Source of the DNA: Geminicoccaceae bacterium | GTDB taxonomy: Bacteria; Pseudomonadota; Alphaproteobacteria; Geminicoccales; Geminicoccaceae | Reading direction: 5' to 3' | NCBI GenBank assembly: GCA_025062095.1 | Contig: JANXAZ010000015.1 | Span: forward strand, 1,561-65,560 | DNA length: 64,000 bases | Shown here: positions 28,927 through 37,566 of the stretch, piece after piece | Numbering within the stretch: the stretch's first letter is position 1 | Layout of the letters: every line of letters starts with the position of its first letter | Translations under genes and position numbers: made by a program | The notes under the pieces: model-generated | What the model saw: the letters and a program-made list of their open reading frames with translations, nothing else | Told to the model about the DNA's origin: nothing | Database searches by the model: none

Positions 28927-29867
28927 TCGCAACGCCGTTTCTCGCCGGTTCCGGTCCCGCGCTCCGGGAGGAGCCGGACGCGCCGGCCGTCGTGCTTCCT
29001 TTCTCCGGCGAGGGCCCTCCGCCCCGCTGGCACTTCTGTCCCCCCGATCCCGCCTGCCCCCATTGCGCCCCGAGCGCCGCCAGCGAGGCTCCCGACTGGT
29101 CGTTCCTCGATGCCGTCTATTGCATCTCCCTCGCCTCGCGTCCCGATCGCGCGGCGAGCGCCGCGGCGCAGTTCCATCGCGTGGGCCTGTGCCGCCGAGC
29201 GATCTTCTTCCGCCCCGAGCGTCATCCGGTCAAAGGTCTGATCGGCAGCTGGGAATCCCATCGCCGGGTGGCGATCGACGCCCTCGCTCGCGGGGCGCGC
29301 CGCGTGCTCGTGTGCGAGGACGACGTCGCCTTCCGCCGCACGAGCCCGCGCACGGTCGCGGCGATCGGTCGCGCGCTCGCGCGGCTGCCGGAGGACTGGT
29401 GGATCTTCTACCTCGGCCATTGGCCGCTCTCGGCCTGGCCGGTCGGATGGCGCGTGCTGCGCACGCGGTCGGGTTGCGCACACGCCTATGTCGCGAGCGA
29501 GCGGCTGTTGCGCTGGCTCCTCGAGCATCCCTGGGAGCGGCCCGTCGCCAAACACCCCCTCGTCGGCCGCGGCGTCGATGCCGCCTTCGCCCTGCTTCCC
29601 GGCACTTATGCCTTCTTCCCGATGGTCGCGACCCAGATCGCGAGCCCGAGCGACAACTTCACCGAGGCGCAGAAACGGCGGAAGAAGAACAAGTGGCGCT
29701 GGCGGCATCTGGTCACCCATTCGCGCCACCGCGAATGGATGCTCGCCAATCTCATGCGCCCGGCGGAGTTTCTCGTTCTCGCTCTCTCGCCGGTGTTTTT
29801 CCTTCGCGAGCTCCTCCGTCGCTCCCTGGCGGGCGGAACGCCCGAGGCCAACGCGGACCCTCGGTGA
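28923..29867 (+). CDS. glycosyltransferase family 25-like protein
   Basis: The core YCISLASRPDRAASAAAQFHRVGL ... VCEDDV ... resembles the GT25 LPS-biosynthesis family. It has a Cys-rich N-terminal extension (CPPDPACPHC), a basic patch KRRKKNKWRWR, and a hydrophobic C-terminal tail. Confidence 0.55.
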   Translation: MIATPFLAGSGPALREEPDAPAVVLPFSGEGPPPRWHFCPPDPACPHCAPSAASEAPDWSFLDAVYCISLASRPDRAASAAAQFHRVGLCRRAIFFRPERHPVKGLIGSWESHRRVAIDALARGARRVLVCEDDVAFRRTSPRTVAAIGRALARLPEDWWIFYLGHWPLSAWPVGWRVLRTRSGCAHAYVASERLLRWLLEHPWERPVAKHPLVGRGVDAAFALLPGTYAFFPMVATQIASPSDNFTEAQKRRKKNKWRWRHLVTHSRHREWMLANLMRPAEFLVLALSPVFFLRELLRRSLAGGTPEANADPR

Positions 29868-29890
29868 CCGCCTCCGCGCGCCCCGTCGCC

Positions 29891-30673
29891 TCAGCGACCG
29901 GGCAGGACCACGACCGTCCGGTGCGGCAGCCGATCGCGGGAAAGATCGAGCACGGGTTCCGCTCGGTGCTCGATGCGCCAGCCGCGCGCTTGGGCGAGCG
30001 CGAGGAAACGGCCGAGCACGGTCGGGCCGAAATAGTGCATCGGGATCACGACCTCGGGGCGGATCTGCTCGATCACCTCGAGCATCTCTTCCTGGCTCAT
30101 GGTGTAGGTCCCGTCCACCGGCGCCAGGAGAACGTCGATCTCGCCGAGCTCGGCGCGCTGCTCGGGCGTCAAGAGATGGTGGAGATGGCCCAGGTGGGCG
30201 ATGCAGAGATCGGCCACTTCGAAGACGAAGATCGAATTCGACAGCGCCTGCGTCCCGAAGCGTCCGTGGACCGCGGTCGGCACGTTGCGCACGCGCAGAT
30301 CCGCGACCACGAGATCGTGTTCGGCCCATCCGCCCTGCGGATTCCAGCCGCGCAAGACGTGTTCGATGCGCGGATCGGGTCGGTCCGTATAATGCGTGTC
30401 GTGGGCGTTGTTCATGGTCGCGATGCGCGGCGGATAAGGCGGGACGACATAGGCGTTGTAATCGGTGACCGCGCTCGCACCACCCGCCGTCTCGATCAAG
30501 AAGCTGGCATGGCCCAAGAAGGTGAGGCGCACGACGACGCCCGCGGGCAGCTCGCTCGCGCGGACGAACCACGCCCGCGCCGGCGCTCGCGCGACCGGAG
30601 AACAGCCGCTCGCCGCGGCCGTTTCCGGAGCGAAGAGCGCCAAGACGAAGAACAACCACGCGAGCCTCGTCAT
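29891..30673 (-). CDS. exported MBL-fold metallo-hydrolase
   Basis: Signal peptide MTRLAWLFFVLALFAPETAAA. Beta-lactamase-fold pattern (LTFLGHASFLIE ... HxHxDH-like region NNAHDTHYTD ... HLGHLHH). Confidence 0.65.
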   Translation of the reverse strand: MTRLAWLFFVLALFAPETAAASGCSPVARAPARAWFVRASELPAGVVVRLTFLGHASFLIETAGGASAVTDYNAYVVPPYPPRIATMNNAHDTHYTDRPDPRIEHVLRGWNPQGGWAEHDLVVADLRVRNVPTAVHGRFGTQALSNSIFVFEVADLCIAHLGHLHHLLTPEQRAELGEIDVLLAPVDGTYTMSQEEMLEVIEQIRPEVVIPMHYFGPTVLGRFLALAQARGWRIEHRAEPVLDLSRDRLPHRTVVVLPGR

Positions 30674-30753
30674 GGGGGGTCTCCCGCGGATGGGGACCGG
30701 CCGTGCGCTCCTGTCGCCTTCCGGCCTCCCTCCGCCTCGCCTAACTCGGAGCT

Positions 30754-31992
30754 ATGCGCAACCGCACCTTCGTCAAGAACGTGAGCGTCCTGACCTTTTG
30801 TCAGGCGCTCTTCTTCATGGCCAACACGATCGTCATCAGCACCGCGCCCTTCGTCGGCCTGCAATACGCCCCCGTCCCCGAGCTCGCCACCGTGCCGCTG
30901 GGCGTGCAGTTTCTGGGCACGATGAGCACGACCGTGCCGGCCTCGCTGCTCATGCAGCGCTTCGGCCGCCGGCCGGGTCTCGCTCTCGGCATGGCTCTCG
31001 GCGTTCTGGCGGGTCTGTGCGGCGCTTACGCGATCCTGCAGGCGAGCTTCCTCCTCTTCTGCGCGGCCGGCGTGCTCTACGGCGCGTACGCGGCCTTCGC
31101 GCAATATCTGCGCTTCAGTGCCGCGGATGCCGCGGATGCCGCCGGCTTCGCCGATCGGGTCGCGGCGCGCGGGCGGGCGATCGCGTGGGTCATGGCGGGC
31201 GGCGTGCTCGCCGCGGTACTCGGACCCGAGCTCGCCGATCGCACCCGCGAGCTCACGGCACCCGTGCTCTTCGCCGGAAGCTATCTGGCGATCGCCGCGC
31301 TCGCCGGGCTCGCGCTCCTCTCTCTCCTGCTCCTCGAGCTTCCCCGTTCGTCGGCTTTCGCCGATGCCGATCCCGCTCCAGCGCGGCCCTTGCGCGCGAT
31401 CGCCCGGCAACCCGTGGCGATCGCCGCCTTTTCGGCCGCGCTCGTGGGCTACGTGACGATGAACCTGCTCATGACCGCGACGCCGCTCGCGATGCTCGCC
31501 TGCGGCCACGGCTTCACCGAGACCAAACGGGTCATCCAATGGCACGTGCTCGGCATGTTCCTGCCGAGCTTCGTCACCGGCCGGCTCGTCACCCGCTTCG
31601 GGGTCGACCGCGTCATCCTCGCCGGGGTCGTCTTGAACCTCTCCTGCGTGGCGATCGCCGTCGCCGGCGTCGACGTCGCGAATTTCGCGATCGCGCTGTT
31701 CTTGTTGGGAGTGGGTTGGAACTTCATGTTCGTGGGCGGCACCACCCTTCTGACGACCGCGCACACCCCGGCCGAGAAGGCCAAGGTGCAGGGCTTGAAC
31801 GATCTTCTGGTCTTCACGAGCGTCTCGGCGTCGGCTTCGCTCGCGGGCTTCGTGCAGAGCACGCTCGGCTGGCAGATCATGAACCTCCTCGCCCTTCCCG
31901 GCCTCTTCCTGGTCGGGGGTCTCGTCCTCGCCCGGCTGCGGCCGGGTGCGACCGCCTCCGCCTTGCCGGCGCGCGGGTCGCGTGGTCTATGA
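30754..31992 (+). CDS. MFS transporter
   Basis: 412 aa with about 12 predicted TM helices. MFS-type loop motif (MQRFGRRPG) lies between TM2 and TM3. Confidence 0.85.
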   Translation: MRNRTFVKNVSVLTFCQALFFMANTIVISTAPFVGLQYAPVPELATVPLGVQFLGTMSTTVPASLLMQRFGRRPGLALGMALGVLAGLCGAYAILQASFLLFCAAGVLYGAYAAFAQYLRFSAADAADAAGFADRVAARGRAIAWVMAGGVLAAVLGPELADRTRELTAPVLFAGSYLAIAALAGLALLSLLLLELPRSSAFADADPAPARPLRAIARQPVAIAAFSAALVGYVTMNLLMTATPLAMLACGHGFTETKRVIQWHVLGMFLPSFVTGRLVTRFGVDRVILAGVVLNLSCVAIAVAGVDVANFAIALFLLGVGWNFMFVGGTTLLTTAHTPAEKAKVQGLNDLLVFTSVSASASLAGFVQSTLGWQIMNLLALPGLFLVGGLVLARLRPGATASALPARGSRGL

Positions 31993-32043
31993 GACCGCGT
32001 GCGGTCGCATCGTCGTCGGCCGAGGCTCGGGGAGATCTCCGCC

Positions 32044-32349
32044 GTGTCGCACTGGTTTCGGATCCTGGCTCTTCCCGCTGCGCTTCTCGCCTTCGCTGCG
32101 GGCGGTGCGGTGCAGGCGCAGCCGCGCGGGCCTCTGGGGTGGGCGGATGCGAACCGCGACGGAGTGGTCACGCGCGAGGAGTTCGAGCAGCTCCGGGCCC
32201 GTCGGTTCGATCGGCTGGATACGAACAAGGACGGGACGATCTCGCGCGAAGAGTTCATGGCCCGCGAAGCGGCTCTCTTCGAGCGCCTGGACCGCGACAA
32301 GGACGGCAGGATCACCCCCGAGGAGATGCACCGGCGCGGCAGGCGCTGA
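32044..32349 (+). CDS. secreted EF-hand calcium-binding protein (3 EF loops)
   Basis: Signal peptide VSHWFRILALPAALLAFAAGGAVQAQ. Three canonical 12-residue loops follow: DANRDGVVTREE, DTNKDGTISREE, DRDKDGRITPEE. GTG with GGGGAG upstream (the track ORF starts at 31999). Confidence 0.75.
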   Translation: MSHWFRILALPAALLAFAAGGAVQAQPRGPLGWADANRDGVVTREEFEQLRARRFDRLDTNKDGTISREEFMAREAALFERLDRDKDGRITPEEMHRRGRR

Positions 32350-32641
32350 GCGCGCGCCCGGTACGGTTAACGCCTTTCGCGGTGCGCACCGCCTCCGCGC
32401 GCGAGGCGACGGCCGCCGCCGAGGCCGGGGACCCGCCCCGGTTCGGAGAGCGCTCGGACCGAACGCTGCCGAGAGCCGCCGAGGTTGCCTCGCCGCGGCC
32501 CCTCCTCGTGCGCGCCGGCCGCGCGAGCGACCGCGCGCGGCGCGCATCGAGAACCCGCTCGGCGCGCCGCCCGAGCCGGCGCGGCGTTTGAGGCGCGTGC
32601 GGCTTGCCTGGGCGACATGCGTCGCTATATTCGGCCGGCCG

Positions 32642-32718
32642 GCCGCAGTAGCTCAGCCCGGTAGAGCAGCGCATTCGTAATGCGCGGGTCGGGGGTTCGA
32701 ATCCCTCCTGCGGCACCA
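32642..32718 (+). tRNA. tRNA-Thr (anticodon CGU)
   Basis: Cloverleaf read by hand. Acceptor GCCGCAG/CTGCGGC, D arm GCTC/GAGC, anticodon stem GCGCA/TGCGC with loop TTCGTAA, T loop TTCGAAT, encoded CCA. Confidence 0.95.
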
Positions 32719-32835
32719 CGGTCCGCACCACCCTGCCGTCGTCGCGCGCGAACGCGTGGAGCCGCGGTTCCCCGCGCTTTCGCGATCGCTCGGACCTTCC
32801 CGCGAATGCGAATCCGTCCCCGCGATCCGGGGCGC

Positions 32836-32883
32836 CAAAACGACGACGCCTCCCGGACGGTCGTCCGGGAGGCGTCCGTTTTC
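32836..32883. terminator. bidirectional intrinsic terminator between tRNA-Thr (+) and cspA (-)
   Basis: Perfect 15-nt inverted repeat GACGCCTCCCGGACG / CGTCCGGGAGGCGTC (32845-32876). It is flanked by CCAAAACGAC on the left and CGTTTTCG on the right, giving a U-tract on either strand. Confidence 0.7.
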
Positions 32884-32899
32884 GCCTCGTCTCGGCGCG

Positions 32900-33124
32900 T
32901 CAGCCGACGAGCTTGAGATTTTCCGCCGAGCTCTTGCCGTTGCGGCCGCGCACGAGCTCGTACTGGACCCTCTGGCCCTCGCGCAGGGTCTCGAGACCCG
33001 CGCGCTCGACCGCGCTGATGTGGACGAAGGCGTCCGGGCCGCCCTTCTCCGGCCGGAGAAAGCCGTAACCCTTGGTGGCGTTGAACCACTTGACGATACC
33101 GATCTGCAACTTCGCGACTCTCAC
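32900..33124 (-). CDS. cspA: cold-shock protein (CspA family)
   Basis: GIVKWFNATKGYGFLRPEKGGPDAFVHISAV ... with RNP1/RNP2 motifs. The start is either GTG 33122-33124 or TTG 33107-33109. Confidence 0.9.
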   Translation of the reverse strand: MRVAKLQIGIVKWFNATKGYGFLRPEKGGPDAFVHISAVERAGLETLREGQRVQYELVRGRNGKSSAENLKLVG

Positions 33125-33245
33125 GCTTCGAGTGGTGGCCGACCCCTGTGCCGACCACGGGTGACGGAACACGCGCGAGGGAGTCTCGAAGGACGACCGC
33201 CGCGACGGGCTCGGATCACTTGCGGCCCATATGGCGGCGGCGAGG

Positions 33246-33276
33246 CCGCCGCGCAAGGGCCGCGGCGGAAATTTTT
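33246..33276. terminator. terminator-like GC hairpin downstream of the SDR gene
   Basis: CCGCCGCG-caagggc-CGCGGCGG (8-bp stem) followed on the + strand by AAATTTTT. On the minus strand (the SDR transcript) the T/A run precedes the stem, so the functional strand is unclear. Confidence 0.3.
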
Positions 33277-33283
33277 CGGAACC

Positions 33284-34054
33284 TCACACCGCACCTTGCA
33301 CCGAGTAGCCGCCGTCGACCGGAATCGCCGCCCCGGTCAGGAAATCCGAGGCGGGCGAGCACAAGAACACGGCGATGCCGGCGAAATCCTCGGGGGTGCC
33401 CCAGCGCCCCGCGGGCGTCCGCGCGACCACCTTCTCGTGCAGCCCCGGGATCTGCTCGCGGGCGCGGCGCGTGAGCTCGGTGTCGATCCAGCCCGGCAGG
33501 ATCGCGTTCACCTGGATGTTGTCCTTCGCCCAGGCACAGGCCATGGCCTTGGTCATCTGCACGATACCGCCCTTGCTCGCGGCATAGGGTGCGGTGAAGG
33601 AAGCACCGAAAATCGACATCATCGAGCCGATGTTGACGATCTTGCCCCCGCCCGCCTTCTTCATCTCCGGATAAGCGAGGACCGAGCAAAAGAATGCCGA
33701 AGTCAGGTTGGTTTCGAGGATCAGCCGCCATTCCTCGAGGCTGTATTCTTCCGGACGCTTGCGGATGTTGATGCCGGCGTTGTTGACCAGAATGTCCAGC
33801 CGACCGAACGCGGCCACCGTGCGCTCGACCATCGCCCGGCAGGAAGCCTCGTCCGTGACGTCCACCGCGACCGCCAACGCCCGCGCCCCCAGCCCCTCGA
33901 GCTCGGCGACGGCGCGCGCGTTCTTGGCCTCGTCGCGCGCCGCCACGACCACCGCCGCACCGGCCTGCGCGAGCCCTCTGGCCATGCCCAGGCCGATGCC
34001 GCCGTTGCCGCCGGTGACGATCGCCACCTTGCCGGACAGGTCGAACAGCCGCAT
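33284..34054 (-). CDS. short-chain dehydrogenase/reductase (SDR)
   Basis: 256 aa. TGGNGGIGLG cofactor motif, NNAG, and catalytic S...YAASK. Confidence 0.9.
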   Translation of the reverse strand: MRLFDLSGKVAIVTGGNGGIGLGMARGLAQAGAAVVVAARDEAKNARAVAELEGLGARALAVAVDVTDEASCRAMVERTVAAFGRLDILVNNAGINIRKRPEEYSLEEWRLILETNLTSAFFCSVLAYPEMKKAGGGKIVNIGSMMSIFGASFTAPYAASKGGIVQMTKAMACAWAKDNIQVNAILPGWIDTELTRRAREQIPGLHEKVVARTPAGRWGTPEDFAGIAVFLCSPASDFLTGAAIPVDGGYSVQGAV

Positions 34055-34189
34055 GAGGTCCCCCTCCCTTTTCCGCTCGCGCGAGGCGTTAGCGAGGGCG
34101 CAAGCGGCCGTCCACGGCGCCTCCTGCGCACGAGCCCCGCCGCCGACGCGCAGAGAGCCGCGGTCCCGCGCCGGCGCCGTTCGCGCGGC

Positions 34190-35170
34190 TCACAGGAGAA
34201 GCGGCCGGAGCTCCGCCGCGGCGCGTTCGCCCGCCTCGTCGAGACCCGCGAGCTCGATCGCCGCCGCCGAGCCGACCCCGATCCCGAGCGCGGCCGCGCG
34301 CGCGAGCTGCTCTTGGGCGAAGATCGGCCCCCGCGCCACCTCGGGCGTGGTGCCGAAGCGGCGCAAGAGCGCCACGCCCACGGCATCGACGGCCACCGGA
34401 TCGGTGCTCGCGAGGAACAGACCCGGCTCGACGAGGGTACCCGCTTCCGGTCCGCCCGTGCGGAAGCCTTTGCGGGCGTCCATGATCACGAGATCGGAGC
34501 GGAAGGCGGTGGAGATCTCGGCGATCATCGCCCGCTGCCGCGCCGAGGCGTGCAGCTCGCGCATGTAATCGTAGCCGTCGCGGGGATCGAGCTTGGCCAC
34601 CGCTCCCACCGCGTTCTTGAGCGCCATGGTGAAATGCCCGCCGAAGCGATGGGTCTTGAGGCAACAGGTCTGGACGACGAGTTCGGCCTCGGCGAAATCG
34701 CGCGCGAGCAGAAACCCGCGTTGCCAGCCGAAATCGGGCCGCCGCACGGCCACCCAGTCCTCGGCACCGAGCCCATCGAGCACGCGCACCTCGAGCCCGT
34801 GGCGTCGGGCGAGACGGAAGACCCCGGCCGCCTCGAGGACCGCCCGCGTATCGCCCATCCCCGAGCGCTCGGCCAGCACGAACCGGCTCGGGCGCATGGC
34901 GGAAAGACGCGCGACCAGAGCCTCGAGCGTGTCGGGGGCGGTCGCGGCGGGGAAGGGATCGGCGCTGTTGAAGTTGGCCTTGAGCGCCACCCGTCTGCCG
35001 GTCGCGAGATCGGCGGGAAGGCGGGCGAAGATGCGCGCGAGCGCCGCCCGGGGATCGGTCTCGCCCGTGATCCACACCCGCGCTCTTGCGCGCGCCCGTG
35101 CGGAACGCGCCCCCAAACCCGCGAGCGTCGCGACCCCGAGCGCGACCACGCCGCGCCGCGTACTCGCCAT
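34190..35170 (-). CDS. DUF362-family protein with a twin-arginine (Tat) signal
   Basis: MASTRRGVVALGVATLAGLGARSARA N-terminus. DUF362-like blocks follow: VALKANFNSADP, FVLAERSG, VQTCCLKTHRFGGHFTMALKNAVG. ATG at 35168-35170 inside the 34190..35260 ORF. Confidence 0.65.
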   Translation of the reverse strand: MASTRRGVVALGVATLAGLGARSARARARARVWITGETDPRAALARIFARLPADLATGRRVALKANFNSADPFPAATAPDTLEALVARLSAMRPSRFVLAERSGMGDTRAVLEAAGVFRLARRHGLEVRVLDGLGAEDWVAVRRPDFGWQRGFLLARDFAEAELVVQTCCLKTHRFGGHFTMALKNAVGAVAKLDPRDGYDYMRELHASARQRAMIAEISTAFRSDLVIMDARKGFRTGGPEAGTLVEPGLFLASTDPVAVDAVGVALLRRFGTTPEVARGPIFAQEQLARAAALGIGVGSAAAIELAGLDEAGERAAAELRPLLL

Positions 35171-35281
35171 CGAAGGCCCCGAGTCTTTTTCTCTGGCCAC
35201 GGCGGCCTCCCCCGCGTCTTCCGCTCGACCGAGAATCGCGCCTGCGAGGCGCTCGGGCAAGCGCGCCGATTCCCGGGGCGC

Positions 35282-36313
35282 TCAGCCCGCGGTCCCGGGC
35301 GCGCCCGCCCGCGTTCCGTCCGCGCGCGCCATGCGCAACGCGAGTTCCGCGGCGCGCAACGACGGCTCCGGGTTCGCGCGGCGCGCGCCCACGATGTCGA
35401 AGGCGGTGCCGTGGGCGGGGGTGGTGATCGGCACCGGAGTCCCCCACAGAAGCGTGACGCCTTCGGCGAAGCCCAGGAGCTTGACCGCGATCTGGCCCTG
35501 GTCGTGGTACATCGAGAGCACGGCGTCGAAGGCGCCGCGGGCGGCGCGCAAGAACACGGTGTCGGCGGGATACGGTCCTTCGGCCTCGATTCCGAGCGCC
35601 CGCGCCCGTTCCACGGCGGGTGCGATGATGTCGATCTCCTCGCGCCCGAAGGCGCCGCCTTCGCCCGCGTGCGGATTGAGGGCGGCGACCGCGATCCGCC
35701 GCGGCGTCCTGCCGGCGGCGGCGAGCGCCCGGTCGAGCGCGCACAGACGCTCGAGGATGCGCGCGCTCGACAAGAGGCCGGCCACGTCTTTGAGCGGGAC
35801 GTGCGAGGTCACGCGCGCGTTCCAGAAAACGCTCGTGACGTTGATCTCCGAAACTTCGCTCGAAAGGCCGAACCACGCCCGGGCTTCGACCGCTTCGTCC
35901 TCGTACGTCGGATGGACGAGGCGGATGGCCTGCTTGTTGAAAGGGGTGAAGGTGATCGCCTGCACGCGCCCGGTTCGGGCGAGTTCGAGACCGGCGCGGA
36001 AATTGGAGAGCGCCGAGGCCCCGGCCGCCGCCGAAACGCGCCCCGGAGGGCAGGCCGCGGGATCGCAGTTGCCGAGATCCCAGAAGACGGGCCGGCCGGG
36101 CGCCGCGAGCCGGCACAGCGCTTCGGGATCGGTTCCGATCGCGACTTCGGGGCGCACGCCCGCCTGCTCGATGCCCCGCGCGAGCACGCGTCGATCGCCG
36201 ATCCCGATCACGGCCGCGGCGTCGCGCACCCGCGGCTCGGCCAACAGCCGGGCGAAGAGCTCGGGGCCGATGCCCGCGGGATCGCCCATGACGAGAGCGA
36301 GCCGCTCGCTCAC
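35282..36313 (-). CDS. PdxA-family (4-hydroxythreonine-4-phosphate dehydrogenase-like) NAD-dependent dehydrogenase
   Basis: LALVMGDPAGIGPEL ... ALNPHAGEGGAFGREE ... SMYHDQGQIAVKLLGF ... ITTPAHGTAFDI. The GTG overlaps the stop of the CoA-transferase gene (GTGA). Confidence 0.85.
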   Translation of the reverse strand: MSERLALVMGDPAGIGPELFARLLAEPRVRDAAAVIGIGDRRVLARGIEQAGVRPEVAIGTDPEALCRLAAPGRPVFWDLGNCDPAACPPGRVSAAAGASALSNFRAGLELARTGRVQAITFTPFNKQAIRLVHPTYEDEAVEARAWFGLSSEVSEINVTSVFWNARVTSHVPLKDVAGLLSSARILERLCALDRALAAAGRTPRRIAVAALNPHAGEGGAFGREEIDIIAPAVERARALGIEAEGPYPADTVFLRAARGAFDAVLSMYHDQGQIAVKLLGFAEGVTLLWGTPVPITTPAHGTAFDIVGARRANPEPSLRAAELALRMARADGTRAGAPGTAG

Positions 36314-37554
36314 GCCGCGGCCTCCCGCGGGCGGCTCGTCTCCGGCGTCGCCACCGCTCCCTCTTCGAGGAGCGCTTGGATCTCGCTCGCCGCGAAGCCG
36401 CACTCCCGGAGCACCGCCACCGTGTCTTCCCCCAAGCGCGGCGCTCCCTTGCGCGGTCCGGTCTCCACCCCTTCGACCTTGATCGGACAGCCCAGCGTCG
36501 CCACCCGGCCGAGCGTGGCGTGCTCGACCTCGATGCGCATCTTGCGCGCGATCGTCTGGGGATCGGCGAGCATCTCGAGGATGTCGTTGACGGGCCCGGC
36601 GGGCACGCCGGCTTCGTCGAGCCGCGCGAGCCATTCGGCGGCGGGGCGCGTGCGGAAGCGCGCGTACAAGAGCGCGCGCAGCTCTTCGAGGTTGCGCATG
36701 CGCGCGGCGTTGGTGGCGAAGCGGGGATCGGCGGCGAGCTCGGGAGCGCCCAGGATCGCGCACAAACGCTCCCAGTTGGCCTGATTGGCCCCGCCCACCA
36801 CGATCCAGCGCCCGTCCGCGGTGGGAAAGGCCTCGTAGGGCGCGGAAAGCGGATGCGCCGAGCCGAGCGGTCCGGGCGCCGTGCCGGTGGCGAGCGCGAT
36901 CGCCGATTGCCAATAGGTGAAGACGATCCCCGCCTCGAAGAGCGAGGTCTCGACGAGCCGGCCGCGACCGGTGCGCGCGCGCTCGAGAAGGGCGGCGAGG
37001 ACGCCCACCGCCAACAGCATCCCCGCTCCGATATCCGTGAGAGGCGGGCCGCATTTGACGGGAGGTTCGCCGCGCGCGCGCCCGGTGATGCTCATGATCC
37101 CGCTCATCGCCTGGGCGACGAGATCGAAGCCGCCCTTCTCGGCGTAAGGGCCGGTCCGCCCGAAGCCGCTGATCGAGGCGTAGACGAGCCGCGGCCAGCG
37201 CGCGTGCACCGCTTCCCAGCCGAAGCCGAGCTTTTCGAGGGTCTCTTTGCGGTAGTTCTCGACGAGCACGTCGGCGCGGTCGAGCAACCGCTCCAGGACC
37301 CTCTTGCCACCCGGCTTCTTGAGGTCGAGGGCGATGCCGCGCTTGCCCCGGTTCATCATCAGGAAGGCCGCCGATTCCTCGCTGCCGTCGGGGGCGCGCA
37401 AGCTGGGCGGGACCGATCGCCGCGTGTCGTCGCCATCCGGGATCCGCTCGACCTTGATCACCTCCGCCCCGAGATCGCCGAGGAGCTGAGTGCAGGTCGG
37501 CCCCGCCATGACATGGGTGAGATCGACGACGCGGATCCCTGCGAGCAGGCTCAC
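36310..37554 (-). CDS. family III (CaiB/BaiF) CoA-transferase
   Basis: LAGIRVVDLTHVMAGPTCTQLLGDLGAEVIKVE and GFDLVAQAMSGIM (catalytic Asp region). 414 aa. Confidence 0.9.
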   Translation of the reverse strand: MSLLAGIRVVDLTHVMAGPTCTQLLGDLGAEVIKVERIPDGDDTRRSVPPSLRAPDGSEESAAFLMMNRGKRGIALDLKKPGGKRVLERLLDRADVLVENYRKETLEKLGFGWEAVHARWPRLVYASISGFGRTGPYAEKGGFDLVAQAMSGIMSITGRARGEPPVKCGPPLTDIGAGMLLAVGVLAALLERARTGRGRLVETSLFEAGIVFTYWQSAIALATGTAPGPLGSAHPLSAPYEAFPTADGRWIVVGGANQANWERLCAILGAPELAADPRFATNAARMRNLEELRALLYARFRTRPAAEWLARLDEAGVPAGPVNDILEMLADPQTIARKMRIEVEHATLGRVATLGCPIKVEGVETGPRKGAPRLGEDTVAVLRECGFAASEIQALLEEGAVATPETSRPREAAA

Positions 37555-37566
37555 GGGCGGGGCCCT

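Noticed and set aside
32642-32718. tRNA-Thr (and tRNA-Glu at 53815-53890) as integration sites of genomic islands.
   Set aside because: No integrase or recombinase, no direct repeat of the tRNA 3' end, and no compositional break nearby. The flanking genes are ordinary chromosomal genes.
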